Shown here piece after piece: positions 1 through 8,626 of a stretch of 60,954 nt of DNA. The DNA is taken from the IMG/VR virus record IMGVR_UViG_3300030708_003161, positions 1 through 60,954 of that record; one strand, 5' to 3'. Every line of letters begins with the position of its first letter. The stretch's first letter is position 1. The notes below the pieces were generated by a model that worked only from the letters and a program-made list of their open reading frames with translations, did no database searches and had not been told where the DNA came from. Position numbers and translations under genes: made by a program. Source of the DNA: a virus. Its lineage: Duplodnaviria > Caudoviricetes.

Positions 1-211
1 ATTTAAGACCCCAGCTGACGCTAGGGCTACAGTGGCTAAGGTAAAACGAATAAGTAAGCCTTATGCTAGAAAAATACAAATACTAACTGTGGGAGAACAA
101 AGAGCACGTGTCATGGGTAAAAGACAAGTTGCTTCTATATTTAAAAAAGGTAAGGAACAAATACGTAAAGCTCATGGACGCAAAGATAAGAAAAGTAGTA
201 AGTCAACTTAA
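1..211 (+). CDS. Partial (5'-truncated) small basic phage protein
   Basis: Frame 2 is open from the window edge: FKTPADARATVAKVKRISKPYARKIQILTVGEQRARVMGK...SKST, TAA at 209-211. Not in the ORF track. Confidence 0.65.
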   Translation, partial: FKTPADARATVAKVKRISKPYARKIQILTVGEQRARVMGKRQVASIFKKGKEQIRKAHGRKDKKSSKST

Positions 212-293
212 AAAGGCTTCACAAGCACACGCTAAGCAAGCAGCTATGCTTGAAAAGATGATTAAATCAAACGGTAAAACAAAAAAGAAATAA
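174..293 (+). CDS. Small basic hypothetical protein
   Basis: Track ORF 108..293; ATG at 174 (MDAKIRKVV...) is the likelier start because it reduces overlap with the upstream gene. Confidence 0.5.
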   Translation: MDAKIRKVVSQLKKASQAHAKQAAMLEKMIKSNGKTKKK

Positions 294-294
294 T

Positions 295-420
295 ATGGGA
301 AAACCAGGACCGAAGGCTCACTCTGTAATTAATGACCTTCTAAAAAAAGTAAAAGGCAAATCACCACTTAAAGCTATGTATGGTATGGGTAAGCCTATGA
401 AAAAAAATAAATATAAATAG
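295..420 (+). CDS. Small basic hypothetical protein (41 aa)
   Basis: MGKPGPKAHSVINDLLKKVKGKSPLKAMYGMGKPMKKNKYK*; fills the gap between neighbours almost exactly. Confidence 0.5.
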   Translation: MGKPGPKAHSVINDLLKKVKGKSPLKAMYGMGKPMKKNKYK

Positions 421-422
421 TC

Positions 423-842
423 ATGCCGGGTAAAGATAAAAACAGAGGGTCTAAAAGATTTATGGATGCTGTAAAAAAAGGCCAAGAATTTTCTGCAAGT
501 ATGAAACCTAGCGCTTTACAAAATAATAAATTTATAGGTGAATTAAAAAAAGCTCAAGAAGCCGGTAAAGATTCTTTCGTTGTTAACGGGAAAACATATG
601 AGACAAAAGGGGCTGCATTTACTAGGCTTAATAGAAATATGGAAATGGAAACTATGACGGCTATGAACCCTATGGGAGCTGCCGCTATATCAGGCCCTAA
701 TACTATGCCAAATCCAAATATGGTTTTAAGAAGAGCAAGTAAAATGTCTAATACTAAAGTTAAACCTATAAGTACTAGATATAAGCAAACTAAAAAAAGA
801 ATAAAGGATAAGGACTTATACAAACTTAAAAAAGTTTTTTGA
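423..842 (+). CDS. Hypothetical basic protein
   Basis: 139-aa K/M-rich ORF, tightly packed with neighbours. Confidence 0.65.
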   Translation: MPGKDKNRGSKRFMDAVKKGQEFSASMKPSALQNNKFIGELKKAQEAGKDSFVVNGKTYETKGAAFTRLNRNMEMETMTAMNPMGAAAISGPNTMPNPNMVLRRASKMSNTKVKPISTRYKQTKKRIKDKDLYKLKKVF

Positions 843-1078
843 TGCCTGATACATTTATAAAGAATAACTTATCTATAGTTATTATGTTTGTAACTGCAGT
901 ATTTACAGCAGGAGGTATATTTTCTGAATTTACATCAGTTAAGGATGAAATACACCTAGTGCATGAAAGGCTAGATGAAAAGATTATCGTTATAGATAAG
1001 CTTGAAGCACGCATACTTGAAATTGAAAAACAATTAGAATATGAGCGCGGATTGCTTGAAGCAATAAAAAAACAATAG
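839..1078 (+). CDS. Membrane protein with N-terminal TM helix and coiled coil (possible i-spanin or holin-like protein)
   Basis: Hydrophobic LSIVIMFVTAVFTAGGIF followed by heptad-like IDKLEARILEIEKQLEYE. Confidence 0.6.
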   Translation: MMPDTFIKNNLSIVIMFVTAVFTAGGIFSEFTSVKDEIHLVHERLDEKIIVIDKLEARILEIEKQLEYERGLLEAIKKQ

Positions 1079-1080
1079 TT

Positions 1081-1182
1081 ATGCCATATAAAAGTAATGC
1101 ACAGCGTAAAGCTGTATGGGCTAGTCGTAACGAGCAGGCTGAAAAAAAGAAACGTAAAAGAAAACGTAAAAAGAAGAAGTAA
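1081..1182 (+). CDS. Very basic 33-aa peptide
   Basis: MPYKSNAQRKAVWASRNEQAEKKKRKRKRKKKK*; TAATG coupling to the next gene. Confidence 0.55.
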   Translation: MPYKSNAQRKAVWASRNEQAEKKKRKRKRKKKK

Positions 1183-1406
1183 TGGCTTATAAACTCAGCA
1201 AGCGTGGTAAAGCAAAGAAAAAGAAAAGAGATCTTAAATTTGCTAAAACTACGAGAAGAACCAGAATGAAAGCTGAGAATCAAAAAAAGCGCAGAGCTGC
1301 TAAAAAGAAAGGTATAAATATAAAAGGTAAGGATTACGACCATACTAAGAAAAAATTTGTATCTATTAAAAAAAATAGAGGCGGCTATGGTAAAGGAACT
1401 AAATAA
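1182..1406 (+). CDS. Small basic protein, degenerate HNH-like
   Basis: KGKDYDH...SIKKNRG resembles a reduced HNH signature. Confidence 0.55.
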   Translation: MAYKLSKRGKAKKKKRDLKFAKTTRRTRMKAENQKKRRAAKKKGINIKGKDYDHTKKKFVSIKKNRGGYGKGTK

Positions 1407-1407
1407 T

Positions 1408-1770
1408 ATGAAAGTATTACCAGTAACACATAAGCACTCCACTTGTGGAAGACCAGATATGAAATTACAGGGTGGTCCGCTTGAAAGAAAAAAAAGAAAA
1501 GCTCCTTCTCGTAAAAAGTCTTTAGGCTATTACAATAAAGCTAATAAAACTGGTACCGGCGCAAAAGCAGGTGGTGGTATGAGTAAGAAAGGAGTTGCAA
1601 AGTATAGGAGAGATAACCCTGGAAGTAAACTTAAAACAGCAGTAACAACCCCGCCTTCAAAACTAAAGAAAGGAAGTAAAGCTGCGAAAAGAAGAAAATC
1701 ATTCTGTGCCCGGTCACGTAGCTGGAAATCAGAAAGAGGTAGAGCCGCTAGAAGAAGGTGGAACTGCTAA
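1408..1770 (+). CDS. Small basic phage protein (KRRKSFCAR...RRWNC type)
   Basis: Track ORF 1357..1770, start adjusted to the ATG after the upstream stop; C-terminal motif recalled from marine phage small basic proteins. Confidence 0.65.
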   Translation: MKVLPVTHKHSTCGRPDMKLQGGPLERKKRKAPSRKKSLGYYNKANKTGTGAKAGGGMSKKGVAKYRRDNPGSKLKTAVTTPPSKLKKGSKAAKRRKSFCARSRSWKSERGRAARRRWNC

Positions 1771-1799
1771 AATAAAATATTATAATTTAATCAAATCAA

Positions 1800-3395
1800 A
1801 TGGGAGTACAATTCGGTGGGCCTAAAATAGTTAAGGCCCTTAGTTTTAAAAAAGAAGCCAAAGATGGCCTTATTAAAGGTATTAAAAAGTTATCAAATGC
1901 CGTATCAGTAACACTGGGTGCATCTGGTAGAACAGTAGTTTTAGAAGATGACTTTGGCAATCCTCATGTAACAAAAGACGGTGTTACAGTAGCAAATTAT
2001 GTAAACCTAGAAGATCCACTAGAAAATCTAGGTGCTACTATGTTGAAGCAAGCCGCAAAACAAACAGCAACAAAAGCAGGCGACGGTACAACAACATCCA
2101 CAGTGCTAGCTGAAAACATAATGAAAAGTTACTTTAATTTAAAAGGAGAAGACTTTTCGTTTAGAGATATTAAAAGCGGTATAGATAAGTTTGTAAAAAA
2201 AGTCGTAGAGTTTTTAGATAAAAAAGCATCACCGGTAGATGAAAAGATGTTAAATCACGTATCTACCATTTCTTGTAACAATGACAAAGAGCTTGGAAAC
2301 TTTATTGCGGATGCGTTTAAATTAGCAGGTGAAAATGGTGTAGTAACAATGGAAACATCACCAACAAATGAAACCTATATAGATTCAGTAAACGGTACAC
2401 ATATAAAGTCAATAAGTAAAAGTATACACTTTTATACTAATAGAGAAAAAGAAGTGTCGGAGCTTGAGAAGCCGTTAATATTCCTATGTGCTTCTGATAT
2501 AGATAATATCCGACGTATTCAAACAATATTAGAGTTCGCGATTAAGTCCAACCAGTCGTTGTTACTCATTGCTCCTTGCGACCAGCAAATCATTTCAGCA
2601 TTAGCTATGAATTTCGTAAAGGGCAATATACGTTGCAATGTTATCGATCCTCCTTCTTTCGGACTTAAAAGAAAGGATATACTGGATGACATTGCCCTTT
2701 TAACGGGTGCAACTGTTATAGATGAAAATCTAGGCGACTCACTAGATAATATTACATCTGATGTGCTCGGTAATGCATCAAAGGCTATAATTGATACAGA
2801 TGGTACAACTATAGCTATAGATGAGATTCCAGAAGGAGTCAAAGAAAGAGTTGAGTATCTTCAAAAACAATTAGATGAAGAAGAACACCATATAATGAGG
2901 CCGCATTTAGAATATAGGTTATCTATATTAAATGGCGGTGTTTCAATGGTTTATGTTGGCGGAGATACTGAAGTGGAAGTATCAGAAAAAAAAGATAGAG
3001 TTGACGATGCAATTCATGCTGTTAGAGCTGCAAAGAAAGAAGGTATACTACCGGGAGGTGGTATAGCACTGGTAGCAGCAGCGAGTATGGATTGGGATTT
3101 AACACTCAATCAAGGTGAATTAAAAGGTGTTGATATAATGAAAGAAGCACTTTTATCACCATATAATACAATACTAAGCAATGCAGGATTAAATCCTGAA
3201 GATTTTAAAGGTATATCATTTAAAAAAGGTGTTGACGTAATAGACGGCAGCATAAAAGATATGATAAAAGCCGGTATAGTCGATCCACTGCTTGTAACTA
3301 AATCAGCGCTGTTAAATGCTGTATCAGTTGCAACTACTATACTTTCAACCGATTGTGTAATTTCAAATGTTAGAGATTATGAAAGCGATAGGTAA
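1800..3395 (+). CDS. groEL: Phage chaperonin GroEL (Cpn60)
   Basis: VTKDGVTVA, AGDGTTT, KDRVDDAIHA, GILPGGG and GIVDP motifs; 531 aa; no GGM tail. Confidence 0.97.
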   Translation: MGVQFGGPKIVKALSFKKEAKDGLIKGIKKLSNAVSVTLGASGRTVVLEDDFGNPHVTKDGVTVANYVNLEDPLENLGATMLKQAAKQTATKAGDGTTTSTVLAENIMKSYFNLKGEDFSFRDIKSGIDKFVKKVVEFLDKKASPVDEKMLNHVSTISCNNDKELGNFIADAFKLAGENGVVTMETSPTNETYIDSVNGTHIKSISKSIHFYTNREKEVSELEKPLIFLCASDIDNIRRIQTILEFAIKSNQSLLLIAPCDQQIISALAMNFVKGNIRCNVIDPPSFGLKRKDILDDIALLTGATVIDENLGDSLDNITSDVLGNASKAIIDTDGTTIAIDEIPEGVKERVEYLQKQLDEEEHHIMRPHLEYRLSILNGGVSMVYVGGDTEVEVSEKKDRVDDAIHAVRAAKKEGILPGGGIALVAAASMDWDLTLNQGELKGVDIMKEALLSPYNTILSNAGLNPEDFKGISFKKGVDVIDGSIKDMIKAGIVDPLLVTKSALLNAVSVATTILSTDCVISNVRDYESDR

Positions 3396-3639
3396 GTATA
3401 TAGTAATATCCGAAATAAAAGAGGATATAAAGAAAACAGAAGGTGGATTACTTCTTGCTGAAAACCACAGAGAAGATATAAGATACAGAACAGCTACAGT
3501 GGTATCAATTGGTACACATGTAGAAGGTGTAAAGAATGGCGACAAAATTTATTATGATAGAGTCGCAGGACACAATATAGAAATAGATAACAATATATTT
3601 AAAGTAATACAAGAACAAGACGTAATAATAGTATTGTAA
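3379..3639 (+). CDS. groES: Co-chaperonin GroES (Cpn10)
   Basis: KTEGGLLL mobile loop, VVSIG, VKNGDKIYY, QDVI; directly downstream of groEL. Confidence 0.92.
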   Translation: MKAIGKYIVISEIKEDIKKTEGGLLLAENHREDIRYRTATVVSIGTHVEGVKNGDKIYYDRVAGHNIEIDNNIFKVIQEQDVIIVL

Positions 3640-4088
3640 TGGATCGCTCAGATTTTATACAAAGAGGAGAAATTAAAGTTGATTTTTTAAAATACTACAG
3701 ATTAGTTTCCAGATGGGCATGTAAACAATACGATTTAAACATTGCTGATCTGGAATTGCTATTTTACCTCGATCCTATTAAATATTTTACAATAGACGAT
3801 TTTAAAAGTGGAACCTTGTATTACAGTTGGGATAAAACTAGATTTTACAGATTGCAAAGAAATGATTGGATTAAAAAAATTCATAAAGGTAACGGTAGAC
3901 TAGGAGATCATAACAAATACACTGTTTCAGCAAAGGGGAAAAGATTAATAGCTAGAGTATACAGAATACTAATAGATAAAGAAAGTTTGCCTGAATCATC
4001 GCGAAGAAACAGAATAATGAAAAGAGAAACATATATAGATAAAGTCTATTCGCAAGCAATAAGTAAATTTAACAAAAAAAATTTATAA
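3639..4088 (+). CDS. Conserved phage protein, probable winged-helix DNA-binding protein
   Basis: LNIADLELLFYL ... KYTVSAKGKRL resembles a MarR-type wHTH. Confidence 0.6.
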   Translation: MDRSDFIQRGEIKVDFLKYYRLVSRWACKQYDLNIADLELLFYLDPIKYFTIDDFKSGTLYYSWDKTRFYRLQRNDWIKKIHKGNGRLGDHNKYTVSAKGKRLIARVYRILIDKESLPESSRRNRIMKRETYIDKVYSQAISKFNKKNL

Positions 4089-4438
4089 TGGCAAAAATAT
4101 CATCATTTCCTTTAGATACAACTATATCTAAAACAGATAAAGTTATAGGTACTGATTCGGTAACAGGAGCAACCAAAAACTTTAATCTAGGAGCGGTATT
4201 ATCTTTAGTGTCGGGTACAATAAATGTGCCGGGTCAAGATGAAGTAGATTCATATGAGCATACTCAAGGGGTTGCGTCAGCTACATGGACTATAACACAT
4301 AACTTAGATAAATATCCTTCAATTACTATAGTTGATACAAGCGATAATGTTGTAAACGGGGAAGCACAATACCAAAGTAAAAATACTATTGTGTTAAATT
4401 TTTCTGCAGCTTTTGCTGGTAAAGCATATTTAAACTAA
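4088..4438 (+). CDS. Virion structural / tail-associated protein
   Basis: YEHTQGVASATWTITHNL beta-rich module at the head of the tail-fibre cluster. Confidence 0.65.
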   Translation: MAKISSFPLDTTISKTDKVIGTDSVTGATKNFNLGAVLSLVSGTINVPGQDEVDSYEHTQGVASATWTITHNLDKYPSITIVDTSDNVVNGEAQYQSKNTIVLNFSAAFAGKAYLN

Positions 4439-4444
4439 CAAAAA

Positions 4445-5341
4445 ATGGCAATAAAACATTTAGCAAATCTCGATTTAAATAACAACGAAATAAAAAACGT
4501 CAAGATTGATGTAGTTCAGTCAGATCCATCCGGTATGGGTGCTTCAAATGAAGGTAGAATAATTTACAATTCACAAGAGGACGATATGAAATTCTGGTCT
4601 TATTCAGGAGGAGCGGGTTCATGGGTTAGCATGAAAAATGCTGACGTTGATGTTAGTAAAACAAACCTTTTAGCAAGATTAGCTTCATTTGACGGCACAG
4701 AAACAGTAAATATAGGAGATACTGACGATGATACCACCGTTGTTATTAGAGGTAACTTACAAGTTGATGGTACAACTACAACTGTAAATTCAGCAACCTT
4801 AAACGTAGCTGATAACATTATAGTTTTAAATAAAGATGTTACTGGTTCACCCACTGAAAATGCTGGCCTAGAAGTTGAAAGAGGTTCAGCAACTAATGTT
4901 AAGTTTCGTTGGAATGAATCAACTGATAAATGGCAGTTTACTGAAGACGGAACAACTTTTTATAATTTAGTAAACGTACAAGATGCTTCAGAAACAGTAA
5001 AAGGTATAGTTGAATTAGCTGATAGTAGTGAAGTAACAGCAGGTACTGATGCAACTAAAGCTGTAACTCCAGCTGGCTTAACTAGTAAATTACAATCAAG
5101 AAGTTTTGCTGTAGATTTAGATTCTGGAGAATCTACCGTAACATTAGCAAATAATGTATTTACAGTAACACATAGTTTAAATACAAGAGATGTTATAGTA
5201 CAAGTATATGAAAATAATCTTAGCGGATCTTATGAAACAGCACATGCCGATGTTAACAGACCCACTGTTAATACTATAACAGTATCTTTCACATCCGCAA
5301 CAAACGGGCACCACAGAGTTCTTATTACTAAAATAGACTAA
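4445..5341 (+). CDS. Tail fibre protein
   Basis: GNLQVDGTTTTVNS and ASETVKGIVELA...KAVTPAGL tail-fibre repeat motifs. Confidence 0.8.
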   Translation: MAIKHLANLDLNNNEIKNVKIDVVQSDPSGMGASNEGRIIYNSQEDDMKFWSYSGGAGSWVSMKNADVDVSKTNLLARLASFDGTETVNIGDTDDDTTVVIRGNLQVDGTTTTVNSATLNVADNIIVLNKDVTGSPTENAGLEVERGSATNVKFRWNESTDKWQFTEDGTTFYNLVNVQDASETVKGIVELADSSEVTAGTDATKAVTPAGLTSKLQSRSFAVDLDSGESTVTLANNVFTVTHSLNTRDVIVQVYENNLSGSYETAHADVNRPTVNTITVSFTSATNGHHRVLITKID

Positions 5342-5347
5342 TAACGC

Positions 5348-7786
5348 ATGTCGATTAAATTTAAATCAAGCATTGACTCCGAAGGAAGAATAGTGCAGTC
5401 TAAGCATAGGGCAATAAAACATACCGACACTGTTCAGACTTTAGAAGTTAAAGTTGTAACTAAAACTGCTGCACACCCTCACTATGATCCAAGTAATACT
5501 AATGCTTTAGGCTATACTATAGATGGGGTTGAAGGTGCTTACCTTGAATTAACCCCTGGTATTACATATAGATTTGATCAATCTGATAGTTCTAATGCTA
5601 CTCACCCTTTAAGATTTGCAACAGCTAAAGATGCAGCGGGAAGCACAGCATATACAGGAAGTGAAGTAACTACAAATGGATCACCTGGAAGTTCAGGCGC
5701 ATACACACAAATTATTCCAACTACAACAACACCACCTATATTACATTATTATTGTTCTTCACATGGTAATATGGGTAGCTATGCTAAATTTGGTACCGGT
5801 ACAGTAGGGGATACATATTCTATAAATGCTACACAAGATGGTAATAATGTAGATTTAAATTTAGATGCTGCAAGTGGTACAGATTCAACTGTACAATTAA
5901 CAGCTGGTACAAATATAAGTCTTACAAGAAATGATGCTCAGCAGGTTACAATAGAATCAACTGCTTCTGGTGATTCTTATGATTTAAACGCAACACAAGA
6001 TGGTTCAAATGTAGATATAAATTTAACATCTGGATCTGGTAGTGATAACTCTGTAGTTCAATTAACTGCAGGTACAGGAATAACCCTAACTAGAAATAGT
6101 GCAGCTGAAGTTACTGTTGCATCTTCTAGTACAGGTAGTGGTGGCCAAGTAACTACACAAAAAAATATATCAGGAGATGGTACTACAGAAGCTACCGATT
6201 CATCAAGAAGAGATTTTACAATAACCTCTGCTCCTGTTAGTAAAAATAATTTACAAATATACATAGACGGTGTTTACCAATCAAAAAATGATTTTTCTGT
6301 AAGTGGAACAACTGTAACACTAGATGCCGCTCCTGTAACAGGGGCTGTAGTAGAAATAATACATTTTATTGTAGTGAATGCTAATATATTTTTACAAACA
6401 CATACTGCAACATCTGGACAAACAAGTTTTAATGCAGGAGGTAATATATCATCTGCAAATGATACACAAGTTTATATAGATGGTGTTTATCAAAGTAAAA
6501 ATAATTATTCTGCTTCAGGAAGCAATGTGGTTTTGAATACTGCACCTGCAACGGGTGCTGTTGTTGAAATAGTTAATATAAGAGCTTCTGCTGCTGGTAA
6601 TGATGTAACCTCTGTAAACGGTTTAACTGGAGCAGTAACACTAGAAACAGGTACTGATTGGCAAACTGGAAATAAAGCATCTAATTTTACTGCAGCTGCC
6701 GGTAAAGGATATTTTGTAAATACATCATCTAATGAAGTAACCGTTACATTACCATCTGGTAGTGTAGGAGATGAAATACGGTTTACGGATTATAGTTCTT
6801 CATTTAATACTAATAAAATTAATTTTACTCAAAGCTCTGGAGAAAAAATAATGGGAGCAATTCATCCTGCTAAATGTACAGTTCAAAATTCTTTAATAGA
6901 ATTAATATACCAAGATGCAACTAAAGGCTGGTTTGGAACTAATGTTGTATCAGTTCCACCAGGTGACGGTCATTATCCAACCGCTATTAGTCTTAGAAGT
7001 GGAGGTTATACTACATCACAAAGATCAAGTACTCATAACCCTAGTTTTATAGGTTCATACGTAAGATCAGGTGTGTATATAACTCCGGATGGAACAAAGT
7101 TTTTTCATGTGCATGAATATAGTAATAATATTACATATGAAGCAACCATGAGCACCGCTTTTGACTTAACAACTTTAGCTTCTTCAGATAATTTTGATCC
7201 TCCTAATTCATATGCAGGAGATATGAGTTTTAATGGAGACGGCACAAAATTATTTATATTATCTCAAAATTCTAATCAGTTGACTGAATATACTTTATCA
7301 ACAGCTTATGATTTAAGTACAAGAGGTACAGCTACATCAACCACTGTTCATAGCGGTACACAAATCGTGTATGGGTTTAAGTTTGTAAATCAAGGAAATA
7401 CTCTTTTTGGGCAAACTTATAGTGGTAATACAAATATAACTTTATATAAATGGAATGTTTCTACAGCATATGATAGTACTGTTATAGCTAATGCACCTGA
7501 TCAAACACTTAGCCTTACGGCTTCTACAATAGGAGCGTCTTCGGTTAATAACTATGGAGGAGACTGGTCAGAAGACGGAACTCAATTTATACATGGAGGA
7601 AGTGCCGGTGGGAATTATGATTTATTTACAATTAATTTTGCAACTGCTTATGATCTTAGTAGTACTAAAACTTATAATGCTGTAGGTCATCCTGGTAGAG
7701 TAGGCGCAGTAAGAGTATTAGATGGAGGAACAAGATTTGTTTATGGAGATGAAACAGATCAATCTTTTCATATGTATAACGTATAA
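5348..7786 (+). CDS. Multidomain tail fibre/spike (cupredoxin-like domain, duplicated modules, C-terminal beta-propeller-like region)
   Basis: HPLRF...YYCSSHGNMG; 2x NATQDG-x-NVD..VQLTAGT; 2x YIDGVYQSKN; several STAYDL-like blades. Confidence 0.8.
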   Translation: MSIKFKSSIDSEGRIVQSKHRAIKHTDTVQTLEVKVVTKTAAHPHYDPSNTNALGYTIDGVEGAYLELTPGITYRFDQSDSSNATHPLRFATAKDAAGSTAYTGSEVTTNGSPGSSGAYTQIIPTTTTPPILHYYCSSHGNMGSYAKFGTGTVGDTYSINATQDGNNVDLNLDAASGTDSTVQLTAGTNISLTRNDAQQVTIESTASGDSYDLNATQDGSNVDINLTSGSGSDNSVVQLTAGTGITLTRNSAAEVTVASSSTGSGGQVTTQKNISGDGTTEATDSSRRDFTITSAPVSKNNLQIYIDGVYQSKNDFSVSGTTVTLDAAPVTGAVVEIIHFIVVNANIFLQTHTATSGQTSFNAGGNISSANDTQVYIDGVYQSKNNYSASGSNVVLNTAPATGAVVEIVNIRASAAGNDVTSVNGLTGAVTLETGTDWQTGNKASNFTAAAGKGYFVNTSSNEVTVTLPSGSVGDEIRFTDYSSSFNTNKINFTQSSGEKIMGAIHPAKCTVQNSLIELIYQDATKGWFGTNVVSVPPGDGHYPTAISLRSGGYTTSQRSSTHNPSFIGSYVRSGVYITPDGTKFFHVHEYSNNITYEATMSTAFDLTTLASSDNFDPPNSYAGDMSFNGDGTKLFILSQNSNQLTEYTLSTAYDLSTRGTATSTTVHSGTQIVYGFKFVNQGNTLFGQTYSGNTNITLYKWNVSTAYDSTVIANAPDQTLSLTASTIGASSVNNYGGDWSEDGTQFIHGGSAGGNYDLFTINFATAYDLSSTKTYNAVGHPGRVGAVRVLDGGTRFVYGDETDQSFHMYNV

Positions 7787-7796
7787 TTATAAAAAA

Positions 7797-8144
7797 ATGT
7801 CATTAACAAAAGTAACACATAACGTTTTAGAAGATAGATATACTACCTTAAAAGCAATAGGGAGTGATAATGTATGTAATTGCAATGAAGGTAATATTTT
7901 TACAAAAACTATTTCTGGAGATACAACATTAAATTTTACAAATGCTAAAGTTGGTGATGTTAAAACTGTTATATTAACAGGAAATGGTACAACGGCTACA
8001 ATAACATTGAACGCAAATGGTAGTGCTGGTACATTTAATAATTTAGGAGGATCCTATGACAGTACAAATAATGTTAAAAATTTATTAGAATTAAAATTTG
8101 TTTCAGCAACTGAAGCTTATTTTCAATTTTCAAAACCAAGTTAA
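7797..8144 (+). CDS. Tail-fibre-associated structural protein
   Basis: Likely start MSLTKVT within track ORF 7722..8144; beta-rich, T/N/G-rich composition. Confidence 0.65.
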   Translation: MSLTKVTHNVLEDRYTTLKAIGSDNVCNCNEGNIFTKTISGDTTLNFTNAKVGDVKTVILTGNGTTATITLNANGSAGTFNNLGGSYDSTNNVKNLLELKFVSATEAYFQFSKPS

Positions 8145-8145
8145 T

Positions 8146-8625
8146 ATGGCAAGAGTAAAAGTTATAAATGGTAAACCGGTAGTATTTAATAAATTACCAG
8201 AAAATTGGGCAGGTGTAAATGGATACCATATAAATTTTCATAAAATGTCTGAAGATGTATGGCTTGAAAATGAATTTTTTGAACTTAAACTTCCTGAATA
8301 TAATCCAGAAAATCAAAAGCTAGTTAATTTACATTTTGTGACAGGGGACGATATATATACATATGATGTTAAAGACTTAGATGTACCTAAAAATACATTA
8401 AAATCTTCAAAAGAAAATAAAATAAAACAGTTAAAACAAAACGGGTATCAATTACTATTACCTACAGACTGGTATGTTATAAGAGAAGTAGCAGAAAAAA
8501 AATCTATACCTGATAAAATAAAAGAGCAAAGAAAAGCTATATACGATTCAATTAATAAAAAAGAAGCAGAAATAAATTCTTTAAATACAATAAAAAAAGT
8601 TGAAGAGTTTGATATAACAATTTAA
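8146..8625 (+). CDS. Putative tail fibre assembly chaperone
   Basis: C-terminal LLPTDWYVIR...R motif; lies between fibre genes. Confidence 0.6.
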   Translation: MARVKVINGKPVVFNKLPENWAGVNGYHINFHKMSEDVWLENEFFELKLPEYNPENQKLVNLHFVTGDDIYTYDVKDLDVPKNTLKSSKENKIKQLKQNGYQLLLPTDWYVIREVAEKKSIPDKIKEQRKAIYDSINKKEAEINSLNTIKKVEEFDITI

Positions 8626-8626
8626 T

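Noticed and set aside
554-1442. Antisense ORFs 554-823, 826-1014 and 990-1442
   Set aside because: Shadows of tightly packed + strand genes; the F/L/S-rich sequence mirrors K/R-rich sense codons.
2450-2842. GC-richer patch in groEL and antisense ORF 2519-2842 as a nested gene
   Set aside because: Both same-strand alternative frames contain several stops, and the antisense ORF is in the frame commonly left open. It also shows that GC patches can occur without nested ORFs, a caveat for the overprinting findings.
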